From an uncultured Spirochaetota bacterium (GTDB lineage Bacteria > Spirochaetota > Spirochaetia > SZUA-6 > Fen-1364), in contig CAWGAA010000001.1 in NCBI GenBank assembly GCA_963820525.1, forward strand, positions 640,001-704,000: a DNA stretch of 64,000 nucleotides, written 5' to 3'. The position numbers and the translations under genes were made by a program. This document shows positions 51,320 to 60,279 of the stretch, one piece after another. The notes beneath the pieces are model-generated. The model was not told the DNA's origin. It searched no databases and saw only the letters and a program-made list of their open reading frames with translations. The first letter of the stretch is position 1. Each line of letters starts with the position of its first letter.

Positions 51320-51464
51320 ACATAACATGCGGTTGGAGTTGTCCGCCTAGGTTACGCGTCGTTACTGATTGTTACGCTTGCTATGGTTCCTTCGGTTGCT
51401 GATTCGGGGCGGCAACTCAACCGCGTCGTTAGACGGCAAAAGTTTTAAATAATAGAGGTGCAAT

Positions 51465-52196
51465 ATGATTACTGAATTCCCTAAGAACATTCATGACAAG
51501 CTGAAAACCTATGTCTACTTATATATTGATCCAAGAGATAATAGCATATTCTATGTAGGAAAAGGTGTCGGTAATCGTGCTTTTTCTCATCTAAAAGATT
51601 TTTCTGAAACATAAAAGTCTGAACGTATCCAAGAAATTACCCAACATGGCTCATGTCCAAGAATCGAAATATTAATCCACGGCCTTGATGATGAAACGGC
51701 AAAGAGGGTTGAAGCTTCGTTAATCGATTTGCTTGGAATTGATACTTTATTAAATCAAGTTAGAGGATACCAATCAAAAGAGTATGGCAGAATGTCACCA
51801 GAACAATTAATCGCAGTCTATGACGTGGAAAAGGTTGAAATAGAAGAACCCTCGATACTTATAACTATCAATAAATCCTTTCACTACGGAATGCAGCCTA
51901 TTGAACTATATGATGCAACCAGATCAGCGTGGGTTATTGGTGAAAGGAAACGTGCCGCAAAATATGCATTAGCTGTCTATTCGGGAGTTGTTCAAGAAGT
52001 TTATGAAATTAAGGATTGGTACCCATCACATTCTACTTTCAATACAAAAAACTATGAAGATGAAATTGAATCAAATGAGGATAGATGGGAATTTGTAGGA
52101 AAATTAGCTGACAATAAAATTAGAAATAAATATAAATTTAAAAATGTATCTGAATATGTTGGAGCTCAGAACCCTATAAAATATGTAAAATGCTAG
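51465..52196 (+). pseudogene. Cassette 17: LEM-3-like GIY-YIG nuclease with in-frame TAA at 51612-51614
   Basis: [34 protein letters not shown] then stop; same frame continues (VEASLIDLLG..LLNQVRG). Confidence 0.8.
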
Positions 52197-52315
52197 ATTT
52201 GCCGTCTAACATGCTGTTGGAGTTGACCCCTGGAATTTCAATTTGAACTGCTGCTTGCTTCTCGGACTCTACTGTAGCTTGGCCCTTCGGGCGGCGGGGC
52301 AACTCAACAGCGTTG

Positions 52316-52627
52316 TTACATCCACGCTAATAATTTCTTTGAGAGAATATTTTGCCTATTCTGTTTTGAATTATTCAAAGCAAATAAAGAATTCGATTTA
52401 GCAATCTTGCAGGTTTTACTTTGTTGAATTCCTCTGATACTTTTGCGCGGGCCATGTAAGTTCCCATTGGAACAGCTTGCGCCCATTAGCTGAAAGGGCA
52501 TCATCAACTTTTAACATCATTTTCTTTCGCTATGCCCGAATTCTATCATCAATCAACTAACCTTATATTTTCTTCATATCGTGAAGCTTCTTTGCTGGCC
52601 CGCGCATATTGTTCTGTTTCCGCGTAG
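52316..52627 (+). ncRNA. Cassette 18: gene-less family B
   Basis: GCGCGGGCC 52445-52453 / GGCCCGCGC 52597-52605 plus a local GTTCC/GGAAC hairpin. Confidence 0.55.
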
Positions 52628-52783
52628 ATGTAACATGCGGTTGGAGCAGACCGCTTGGACTACGCGTCGTTACTGATTGCTACGCAAGTTAAAGTAATTG
52701 TACCTGTATGATACGGCGCGGCTGCTCAACCGCGTCGTTATGACGCCCAAATTTTCAGTAGCTTGAATTGCTAATCTGATGAC

Positions 52784-52839
52784 TTGACTTCATGCCTATT
52801 GATCGATAAGATTATAGTTGTACGTAGAACTTATCGATC
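52784..52839 (+). promoter_or_regulatory. vapBC promoter/operator
   Basis: TTGACT-17-TAAGAT (52784-52812) overlapped by IR GATCGATAAG (52801-52810)/CTTATCGATC (52830-52839). Confidence 0.7.
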
Positions 52840-52849
52840 GGAGGCTACT

Positions 52850-53056
52850 ATGGCTACAGTAACCATATCCCCTAAGTTTCAAGTTGTGATTCCTAAGGAT
52901 GTCAGACAGAAACTTGGACTTACTCCTGGCCAGAAAGTGCAGACCATCCTTTTTGAAGATCGAATTGAACTAATTCCCGTGAAGGCCATTAAAAAGATGA
53001 AAGGTTTCCTTAAAGGAATTGATACTCATATTCCTAGAGAATCTGATAGAATATGA
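52850..53056 (+). CDS. vapB: Cassette 19: AbrB/MazE/SpoVT-type antitoxin
   Basis: VTISPKFQVVIPKDVRQKLGLTPG; GGAGG RBS. Confidence 0.88.
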   Translation: MATVTISPKFQVVIPKDVRQKLGLTPGQKVQTILFEDRIELIPVKAIKKMKGFLKGIDTHIPRESDRI

Positions 53057-53430
53057 ATGTTGTTGATTCTAGCGCTTGGCTTGAATATTTAGCTGCTGGT
53101 CCAAATGCTTCATTCTTCTCTGAACCAATTGAGAATATAGCTGAACTAATAGTTCCTACTATTAGTTTATATGAAGTATTCAAGCGCATAGTCCAACAAA
53201 GATCAGAGAATGAAGCTCTTCAAGTAATAGCTGTCATGCAACAAGGCAGGCTAGCAGAATTGGATCAAAGAACTGCATTAAGCGCAGCTCGTATAAGTAT
53301 AGATCATCAATTACCCATGGCAGACAGCATAATATTGGCAACAGCAAGAATAAATAATGCAATTCTATGGACTCAAGATTCTCATTTTAAAGGAATTCAA
53401 AATGTAAAATATGCTAAATCACAAACCTAA
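53053..53430 (+). CDS. vapC: Cassette 19: PIN-domain toxin
   Basis: VVDSSAWLEY, YEV, MADSIILATA, WTQDSHF; ATGA overlap. Confidence 0.92.
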   Translation: MNVVDSSAWLEYLAAGPNASFFSEPIENIAELIVPTISLYEVFKRIVQQRSENEALQVIAVMQQGRLAELDQRTALSAARISIDHQLPMADSIILATARINNAILWTQDSHFKGIQNVKYAKSQT

Positions 53431-53579
53431 TATTTAATAGTTTTTAATTATAAGATTTTTCGGGGGCGTCATAACATGCTGTTGGAGTTGACCGCCTAGC
53501 CTACGTGTCGTGACTTAGAGCTACGCGCGGTAGAGCCTTTTGTACTTGGATGACTCGGGGCGGCAACTCAACAGCGTCG

Positions 53580-54256
53580 TTATCTCCATCTAGATTTATA
53601 TTGATTAGCAATGAAGTTAAGAATTATTAATTAAATAATCTTGGATAAGACGCTTTTCAATTTCATGTTTGCCCATGATGGCGTTGGCCTTTCTCTGGAA
53701 GGATGGCGGTGTTGTACTAGGTTGCACGCTTGTTTTTAGTTTCAATGCATGGCACGTCACCTTGGCTTATTATCACCGATTACATTCAACGGCTCTAATC
53801 AAGCTCTTTCAATTGATTCGCTAGATCTTTTCTGCTTTCCTCAACGCCATCATACTGGATGGAGATAACATGTCGTTGCAGCTGACCGCCCAAGCTACGC
53901 GTCGTCACTTGAAACTATGCGTGCTCAGCTATTTCCTTTTTTTGAGGCGGGGCGGCAGCTGAACTCCTTGTTATATCCAATCTAGATTTATATTGATTAT
54001 CGAATAGGCAACGAATTAGTAATTCAATAAAAAGAGATAATACGTGTTTCAATAGCTTGTTTAACCATGATGGCGTTGGCATTGCTCTGGAAGGATGGCG
54101 GTGTTGTACTAATGTTGCTTGCTTGCTCTTAGTTTCAATACACTGCACGTCACCGTGGCTTAATGGTCAACGATTTCATTATAGGGCTCGGATCAAGCTC
54201 TTTCTCTTGAAACAACAACTCTTTTCTGTTGTCCTCAACGCCATCATACTGGATGG
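53580..54256 (+). ncRNA. Cassettes 20-21: gene-less family A
   Basis: Bodies 53580-53862 (near-identical to cassette 5) and 53971-54256 (near-identical to cassette 1). Confidence 0.55.
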
Positions 54257-54365
54257 ATATAACATGCTGTTGGAGTTGTCCGCCTAGGCTACGCGTCGTT
54301 ACTTATAGCTACGTTTGCTAGGGTTCCTTCGGTTGCTGATTCGGGGCGGCAACTCAACAGCGTCG

Positions 54366-54681
54366 TTATATCCACGCTAAAGAAATTCTTTGTGAGAATA
54401 TTTTGCTTCTTCTGTTTTGAATTACTCAAAGCAAATGAAGAATTCTCTTTCACAATCTTGCGGGTTTTACCTTGTTGAATTCTTTTGATACCTGTGCGCG
54501 GGCCATCTACGTTCCTGTTGGAACAGCTCGCGCATGTTAGCAAAAGGGGCATTAATTACCTTTTTTAGCATCACTTTCTTTCGCTTTTCCTGAATTCTAT
54601 CATCAATCAACTAACCTGATATTTTATCCATATCGTGAAGCTTGTCCTTCGGCCCGCGCATATTGGTCTGTTTCCACGTAG
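54366..54681 (+). ncRNA. Cassette 22: gene-less family B
   Basis: GCGCGGGCC 54496-54504 / GGCCCGCGC 54651-54659. Confidence 0.55.
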
Positions 54682-54884
54682 ATATAACATGCTGTTGGAG
54701 TTGACCGCCTAGGCTACGCTTCATTACCAATAGCTACGGGCGGTAAAGCATTTTGTACTTGGATGATTCGGGGCGGCAACTCAACAGCGTCGTTAGGCAG
54801 TCCAAAATTTGAGCATCTCGCAGGCGTAGTGCCCGTCATCAACATGACTTGCCGTATTCCGCTCAGTCAAGTAGCATACTGCAC

Positions 54885-55385
54885 ATGAGGATTCGGTGCA
54901 CACTGAGGCTTGCAGCCAAGATAAAAGCGCTTTTACCCGATGAATCAGATGAGCTATCTCTACCAACTGAATGGTATGCGAACCTGATTAGGCATGAGGG
55001 AACTCAATTCATAATAGCAATGAATTCAGGTACACTCGCAACTGTGCTCTTCCGCGGCAAGGGCATCATCTCCTCAATTGACTTGGCTGATGCATTGAGC
55101 TCAACGGCAAGTCGCATGTTCAAACGTAATGGATGGACGTTTGCTTTAGGACGATTTGTAGACACCGATCAAAGGAATCTGGAAATCCTTCCAACAAACG
55201 ACAAACGCATACTTGGCTCCCTTACAGAAATGATTCGATTGATAAAGGGGCATCTTGAGTACGGCGACAGAGATATTGACGCAATAGCTGACAAGGTCAA
55301 CCAAGCACCAATGTCGTATATAGATCATAAAGCCCCAAAGTGGCTTTTGGATGATCTCTGCAAGAAAGCAAAAAATGAACTTTGA
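54885..55385 (+). CDS. Cassette 23: hypothetical protein (DUF6933-like)
   Basis: IRCTLRLAAKI..EWYANLI..TNDKRILGSLTE..VNQAPM pattern; family assignment from memory. Confidence 0.6.
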   Translation: MRIRCTLRLAAKIKALLPDESDELSLPTEWYANLIRHEGTQFIIAMNSGTLATVLFRGKGIISSIDLADALSSTASRMFKRNGWTFALGRFVDTDQRNLEILPTNDKRILGSLTEMIRLIKGHLEYGDRDIDAIADKVNQAPMSYIDHKAPKWLLDDLCKKAKNEL

Positions 55386-55639
55386 TATTGACTGCGGTTC
55401 TTCCCAAAGGGCATTGTCGCCGTGAAGTTGATTTCATTCACACGAAAGAGATGGGAATTGATGAATTAAAATGCAATTTGATCGAAAAAAAGATCTTCAG
55501 TAAGGAAAAGCAAATGATTTCAAATGGCCTGCCTAACAAGTCGTTGCAGTTGACGCCTTGAATTCTGTCTGAAAGATAGAGCGCTATCTGGTACAACTGT
55601 CACGGCTGGGGTGATTCGGCGGCGCAACTGAACTCCATG

Positions 55640-56377
55640 TTACATCCACGCTAATAATTTCTTTGAGAGAATATTTTGCCTGTTCTGTTTTGAATTATTC
55701 AAAGCAAATAAAGAATTCGATTTAGCAATCTTGCAGGTTTTACTTTGGTGAATTCCTCTGATACTTTTGCGCGGGCCATGTAAGTTCCCATTGGAACAGC
55801 TCGCGCTCATTAGCTGAAAGGGCGTTATTAACCTTTCTGGAATCGTATTCTTTCGCTATTGGTTGAATTCTATCATCAATCAACTAACCTTATATTTTTT
55901 TCATATCGTGAAGCTTCTTTGCTGGCCCGCGCATATTGTTCTGTTTCCGCGTAGATGTAACATGCGGTTGGAGCAGACCGCTTTGACTACGCATCGTTAC
56001 TGATAGCTACGCGTGTTAAAACCAATTGTACCTGGATGATGCGGCGCGGCTGCTCAACCGCGTCGTTACATCCACGCTAATAATTTCTTTGAGAGAATAT
56101 TTTGCCTGTTCTGTTTTGAATTATTCAAAGCAAATAAAGAATTCGATTTAGCAATCTTGCAGGTTTTACTTTGGTGAATTCCTCTGATACTTTTGCACGG
56201 GCCATGTAAGTTCCCATTGGAACAGCTCGCGCCCATTAGCTGAAAGGGCATCATCAACTTTTAACATTATTTTCTTTCGATATGCCCGAATTCTATTATC
56301 AATCAACTAACCTTATTTTTTCTTCATATCGTGAAGCTTCTTTGCTGGCCCGCGCATATTGTTCTTTTTCCGCGTAG
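55640..56377 (+). ncRNA. Cassettes 24-25: tandem gene-less family B
   Basis: Bodies 55640-55954 and 56066-56377, close to cassette 18 and sharing its attC variant. Confidence 0.55.
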
Positions 56378-57207
56378 ATGTAACATGCGGTTGGAGCAGA
56401 CCGCTTGGACTACGCATCGTTACTTATAGCTACGCGTGTTAAAACCAATTGTACCTGGATGATGCGGCGCGGCTGCTCAACCGCGTCGTTATGATTTGCG
56501 AGGCTTTCGACACGGAGGACTTATGGAAAAAAGTGGTGAGAACTCTCTTGATCAGATGATACAGTATATCAAGCAATGGCTTGAAACCAATCAGCGCAAC
56601 CAAATGGCTGTCAGACCGCTTACCGATATTCTAGAAGTGCTTGAGTGGGCAAAACAGACCATAGATGAACTTCAAAATGCACATAGTGCTACGGAAAGAC
56701 TCGGGACCCTATTTGTACAATTTGACAAGACTTATGGAACCCTAATTGAGTTCTTACCGCCGGCACCGCAGGTCAACATAGAAGGAATTGATAGGCTCGC
56801 TTCTGCTACAACCAGTCTCGCATCTTCAGGCCTGCTTGGAATATCCGGGTCCGTTTATCCAAACATGGGTCCGCAGTGGTTAGCCGGAAGGTTTAATGCC
56901 TTCGCAAAGATGCAGGAAAGGCACGAAACAATTTCTAAAGTACGGAAGCTCTTGCTTAAGCTCGAGGCGAAGAATTCCCACCCTCCCAATATCGTGGATG
57001 AATATGACTTGATGATAGAAAAGGGATTTTATTTTAGGGGAAATGAAATTGATCAGATAACCTCTGCCGGAATAACAATGAGAAATGTTCTTGAACACGT
57101 AAATGGCAAGCTTTTATCCCTTGTAGCATGGTCAAAAGGTGAGAAAAAGAAATGGTCTAAAATGGTTGAATTTCTCAAAGCCGATGCGCTCGCGCCAATT
57201 GAGCTAG

Positions 57208-58947
57208 CCCACATTTCTCACAAATAGCGTAGCTGAATCTCAAGAACGCATAGAATGTGCTTCGGTACTATTGGGATGAATCTTCAAAGCTGCGGGAGAC
57301 TCCGAAACCCACTTTTCAGATGTTTCAAGATCTCCTGCATGCCACATTCCGTGAAAAACGTCTTGAACTGTCCACAGAAGTGGACCTCAGGGCATAAGGA
57401 TCCCGCTGAGCTTATGCCTCGAGTGGGTAGTTCAGCTACCCGTCTGAAATACAGCCGTTCTGATTCGATAGATCGCCTGACGGAAGAGCTCTTGGTAGGG
57501 ATAGCCGCTTGCGAAGCTCACATAGATGCGACGTACGCTCAGACGGACCTGCGCGCCGATCTTCAACACCTTCAGCCGAATCGTGTCACACTGCGCAGTG
57601 GCAAGCTCCGTACCCTTCAAGGCAATCCTTCGCAACGCGCTCATGATCAGGTATGCCACGGAGGAAAACCACAACCGCAGCTGGTTTGCCCTCATCGTCG
57701 CGGAGCTGGTCCGGTCCGCGAAAAGGTAGAGTTGTTGTTCCTTGATACGGTTTTCCATGTCCCCTCGGGCGCAGTATAGATCCTCATAGAGTACTTGAGC
57801 AGGGAACCGGTCCTGAGGGAGGGAGGTGACGACAAACCGCGGGTTCTCCCCCTTGAGCAGGTACTCCGCTTTGGCAACAACGCGCCTGCTTTTCGACCAG
57901 GTCTTCTTCGTGCGGTACATCAACTCGGCGTATCTTCGCTGCGGCAGCCCCGTGGATATGCACTGCCGCCTGGATTCGGATAGTTGCCGACGGATCTTGC
58001 GCAACAAACGCTGGTTTTTCGCGATTCCGAACAGGAAATCCACGTCGTTTCCCTCGCACCAGCTCATGATCGCTTCACGGCAGAACCCGCTGTCTGCCCG
58101 TGCAATAATGCGCACATCAGGCCACCGCTCCCGGATCTGGGCCACGATTCTGGCCAACTCCACCTCGGCGCCCGCGCTGGCATCTATATTCGAAGGGCGC
58201 AACTTTGCGCACAAGAGATGGTCGCCGCAGAAGATGTACAGCGGCAGGTAGCAGTAGCAATCGTAGTAGCCATGGAAGAACCTGCCTTCCTGCTCCCCAT
58301 GCACGGGATCGTCGGTGGCATCAAGATCAAGCACGATTTCCGCGGGGGGCTGCTGGAAGGAGTCCAGAAAGGCATTCACCAGGAACATCTCCACCATAGT
58401 ATGGTTGACCGTGATTTTCTTGTACCGGTGTGTGAATAGACTCGTCCCGCCGCTTGTCTCTAAACGGTTCAGGGTGCTCTTTCCGGCAAGAGCGTTTCCC
58501 TTATCCCGGTTCTGCCGTCTGTTTTCCCCGCTCACATCCAGTTTCCCGCACACGGCGGCAAGAACGGGATCTTTTCTCAGCCGGTCATGATCGTTGAGGT
58601 CTTCGTAGCCAAGGCATATGCCGAATACTCTTTGGCTGATCAATTCCTCAACTGTGTGTTCGATATAGCCTTTCTCGCGGTAGTCGGTAAAGCAGTCAGC
58701 AAACGCCTTTATGAATCCCGTGGCCTGCTCAAGCTCTCTGAGAATAAGCGCGCCAGCATCTGAGCTGATCGTGCCCCCATCGAAGTTAGCGACGACCTTT
58801 TTCTCTCCGAGGTCTTGAAAGCTGAATAAGGATGGAGTACAGTCTGTTTGCATCGTTTGGCCTTTCATTCCTTGTATATTCTGTTTGTGGCAAAGCAATT
58901 ATACCAGAGTGAAAGGCCTTTTTGTATCTATTTGTGAGAAATGCGGG
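57208..58947 (-). mobile_element. Complete IS1380-family element
   Basis: IRs CCCACATTTCTCACAAATAG / CTATTTGTGAGAAATGCGGG (19/20); CTAG duplication at 57204-57207 and 58948-58951. Confidence 0.92.
57432..58853 (-). CDS. IS1380-family transposase
   Basis: FDGGTISSDAG, GYEDLNDHD, LDLDATDDPVHG, RADSGF, YCARGDMENRIKE. Confidence 0.94.
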   Translation of the reverse strand: MQTDCTPSLFSFQDLGEKKVVANFDGGTISSDAGALILRELEQATGFIKAFADCFTDYREKGYIEHTVEELISQRVFGICLGYEDLNDHDRLRKDPVLAAVCGKLDVSGENRRQNRDKGNALAGKSTLNRLETSGGTSLFTHRYKKITVNHTMVEMFLVNAFLDSFQQPPAEIVLDLDATDDPVHGEQEGRFFHGYYDCYCYLPLYIFCGDHLLCAKLRPSNIDASAGAEVELARIVAQIRERWPDVRIIARADSGFCREAIMSWCEGNDVDFLFGIAKNQRLLRKIRRQLSESRRQCISTGLPQRRYAELMYRTKKTWSKSRRVVAKAEYLLKGENPRFVVTSLPQDRFPAQVLYEDLYCARGDMENRIKEQQLYLFADRTSSATMRANQLRLWFSSVAYLIMSALRRIALKGTELATAQCDTIRLKVLKIGAQVRLSVRRIYVSFASGYPYQELFRQAIYRIRTAVFQTGS

Positions 58948-59322
58948 CTAGAGCTTCTTCTTGATCAGGAAAATATCTGGGAGCACCTTCATTCAACCCT
59001 ATCGGACATGGCAAAGCATATGTCAGAAGTAGATATCCGCATGATTGCTGTCCAAGTAGTAATGCATCTATTTGTATCGCTCTCACTTTTAAAGTTGTGA
59101 TTTTGCCTGTTTCGGCGCAAATCATAACAAGTCGTTGCAGTTGACCGCCTAATTTATGTTTCGTTACTCGAGACTACGTTTGCTAATGTCCTTCGGTTGC
59201 TGATTCGGGGCGGCAACTGAACTCCATGTTATCTTGCCATAGTAAATACCCAGTTGTGCATTTTTCATGCCATTGCATTTGTTTTAAGAATTCATCACAA
59301 CATTAAGCATGATTACCATATG

Positions 59323-59351
59323 TTGACACTGTGCGCACAATGGGGTATATT
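59323..59351 (+). promoter_or_regulatory. TA promoter with palindromic operator
   Basis: TTGACA-17-TATATT; TGTGCGCACA palindrome at 59330-59339 in the spacer. Confidence 0.75.
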
Positions 59352-59359
59352 CCTTATTG

Positions 59360-59638
59360 ATGCAGTTCGCCTTTGACAAGGAGAAGAATGACCTTCTTTA
59401 TAAACGGCGTGGGGTAACTTTTCCCATGGTAATTGAGGCGATTGCAGATAAGGGAATTCTATTGAATTTTGATCACCCAAATCAATTGAAATATCCAAAC
59501 CAAAAGGTACTTGTTGTTGATTTGGAAGGATATGCATACTGCGTACCTTATATTATTCAAGGAACTACTTGGTTCTTGAAAACGATCTATCCAAGCAGAC
59601 GTTTCAAGTACCTAATCGAAGGAGAAACCAATGGATAG
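59360..59638 (+). CDS. Cassette 27: BrnT-like toxin
   Basis: FDKEKN..RGVTF..HPNQ.KYPNQ..YAYCVPY..FLKTIYPSR. Confidence 0.8.
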   Translation: MQFAFDKEKNDLLYKRRGVTFPMVIEAIADKGILLNFDHPNQLKYPNQKVLVVDLEGYAYCVPYIIQGTTWFLKTIYPSRRFKYLIEGETNG

Positions 59639-59933
59639 ATATAATCCGAAATACATTGACCGTGAAGAGAAAGATCTCATGCAAGACATTGACAAAATAG
59701 ATCTCCGTAAGGTTAGAAAGCCGACCCAAAAGGTACAAGGACAACTCAGGAGAGCTGCAAAGAGGCACCTAGAAAAAGAATTGAAAATGAATATTAGAAT
59801 TGACCCCTATGAATTATCAAAGATTAAAGAAAAGGCAGAAATGGAAGGATTAAAATACCAAAGCCTCGTAAAGAGCGTACTACACAAATACATTACTGGC
59901 CAATTGATTGAAAAAGGGAAAAAAGCTGTATAG
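59631..59933 (+). CDS. Cassette 27: RHH/CopG-type antitoxin
   Basis: MNIRID..LSKIKEKAEMEGLKYQSLVKSVLHKY; overlaps toxin stop. Confidence 0.8.
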   Translation: MDRYNPKYIDREEKDLMQDIDKIDLRKVRKPTQKVQGQLRRAAKRHLEKELKMNIRIDPYELSKIKEKAEMEGLKYQSLVKSVLHKYITGQLIEKGKKAV

Positions 59934-60134
59934 GAATTATGGCTAAAATCTTATTATTAAAATAGATAAATGGCAAGATAACATGCGGTTGGAGTTGTCC
60001 GCCTAGGCTACGTTCATCAACAGTAAGCTAAGTTTGCTAGGGCCCTTCGGTTGCTGATTCGGGGCGGCAACTCAACCGCGTCGTTATGACGCCTCAAGAT
60101 TTGGCCGATTGAGGCAAACGGACTGGAATGCCTC

Positions 60135-60174
60135 GGGGAAGAGGGTCAGGCGTCCATGCCTGACCCTCTTCCCC
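60135..60174. repeat. Perfect 17-bp hairpin
   Basis: GGGGAAGAGGGTCAGGC-gtccat-GCCTGACCCTCTTCCCC. Confidence 0.8.
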
Positions 60175-60245
60175 TCATTGGTATCATTCGAGACCTCTAT
60201 CTCCGAACTATAATCAAATATACCGAATCGCCTTGTGAGGGCTCC

Positions 60246-60274
60246 TTGACTATACATACCAATAATGGTATGTT
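60246..60274 (+). promoter_or_regulatory. TA promoter with palindromic operator
   Basis: TTGACT-17-TATGTT with TG extension; IR ACATACCA (60254-60261)/TGGTATGT (60266-60273). Confidence 0.7.
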
Positions 60275-60279
60275 TCGAC

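Larger units (their letters stand above)
56523..59100 (+). pseudogene. Cassette 26: 277-aa hypothetical gene split by IS1380
   Basis: Removing IS plus one CTAG joins ...LAPIEL to ELLLDQENIW...LLKL* in frame; cassette ends GTTATGATTTGCG/CGCAAATCATAAC match. Confidence 0.85.

Noticed and set aside
43464..54287. ORF-track calls over family A cassettes (43464-43655, 43564-43794, 47612-47875, 51036-51233, 53915-54148, 54057-54287)
   Set aside because: Most cross attI/attC boundaries, and their frames are closed by stops in other copies (e.g. cassettes 3 and 5).
52316..56257. Minus-strand 60-87 aa ORFs in family B cassettes
   Set aside because: Starts are not conserved, cassette 22 differs mostly by non-synonymous changes plus a terminal frameshift, and cassette 12 changes frame. 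Not formally excluded without RNAcode.
43478..56494. Regular ~390-bp repeats as a CRISPR array
   Set aside because: Repeats are 113-119 bp attC palindromes next to intI, the intervening units are homologous to each other rather than unique spacers, and there are no cas genes.
43478..56494. Whole gene-less expansion as an assembly artefact
   Set aside because: Most copies differ at many positions, have matching start/end R boxes and carry subtype-specific attC sites; only the two near-identical pairs need read-level checking.
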